Source: Macrostomum lignano (Eukaryota). Taken from it: DNA of 64,000 nucleotides. Numbering within the stretch: the first letter of the stretch is position 1; the number at the start of each line of letters is the position of its first letter. The translations under genes were made by a program, and so were the position numbers. The notes under the pieces were generated by a model that searched no databases, had not been told where the DNA came from, and saw nothing but the letters and a program-made list of their open reading frames with translations. The stretch covers positions 248,001-312,000 of the forward strand of contig NIVC01000827.1 in the NCBI GenBank assembly GCA_002269645.1. The letters run 5' to 3'. Of this stretch, positions 63,801-64,000 are shown piece after piece.

Positions 63801-64000
63801 CCATGACTCACAATGGCGACATTTCTGACACACTTTAGCATGCAATTGTTCAAGAAGTTTGACTGTTTCAGAGAAGAACAAGAAGAGGATGATTGTAGGC
63901 GGCTCCGAGAGCTCCCTGCCGCCTCAGTTCAGAAGTGAGTATCAGCGCCATGACTCACAATGGCGACATTTCTGACACACTTTAGCATGCAATTCATCAA
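57890..64000 (+). CDS. Secreted, Lys/Arg-rich repeat precursor built from symmetric phase-1 mini-exons; continues beyond the window
   Basis: Exon 57890-57989 (signal peptide MLLKGRAAAVSSLLLLVLLLVGTRCQA), then 58103-58192, 58278-58340, 58419-58475, 58538-58624 and 58767-58835. These are followed by 35 exons of 63 nt (first 58918-58980), each bounded by TTTCAG| and |GTGAGT. The spliced frame stays open. Confidence 0.85.
58836..64000 (+). repeat. 145/147-bp tandem repeat (82/84-nt intron + 63-nt exon), about 35.5 units
   Basis: Period read from successive GTGAGTATCAG positions (58836, 58981, 59126 ... 63935). Confidence 0.98.

Noticed and set aside
58836-64000. CRISPR-like array
   Set aside because: There are no unique spacers, the whole 145-bp unit repeats, the context is eukaryotic and no cas genes are present.

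Overview
Eukaryotic (animal) genomic DNA with GT-AG introns. The intron-filling minisatellites, the WSC-domain gene and the overall style suggest a flatworm such as Macrostomum, but this is inference. The first ~17 kb is a nested transposon graveyard: a Tc1/IS630-type relic, a Penelope-like RT relic split by two inverted copies of a ~2.55-kb CCC...GGG non-autonomous DNA element (one carrying a nested MITE), and a second CCC...GGG element. The remainder holds spliced genes that I reconstructed by eye: a ferritin lacking most ferroxidase ligands, an uncharacterised 2-exon gene, LRRC47, a 14-repeat CDH23/Cad87A-type cadherin, a frameshifted WSC+PAN gene, a Delta-like Notch ligand and a tetraspanin. 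Many of their introns are filled by an intron-specific minisatellite. The main finding is at 57.9-64 kb, where an apparent 145-bp satellite is a coding exon-intron array. A signal-peptide exon and five or six small symmetric phase-1 exons are followed by 35 copies of a 63-nt exon plus an 82/84-nt intron. Each copy encodes KKNKKR-MIVGGSESSLPPQF-R, and every exonic variant I could see is synonymous. All coordinates and alignments were read manually, and no searches were run.
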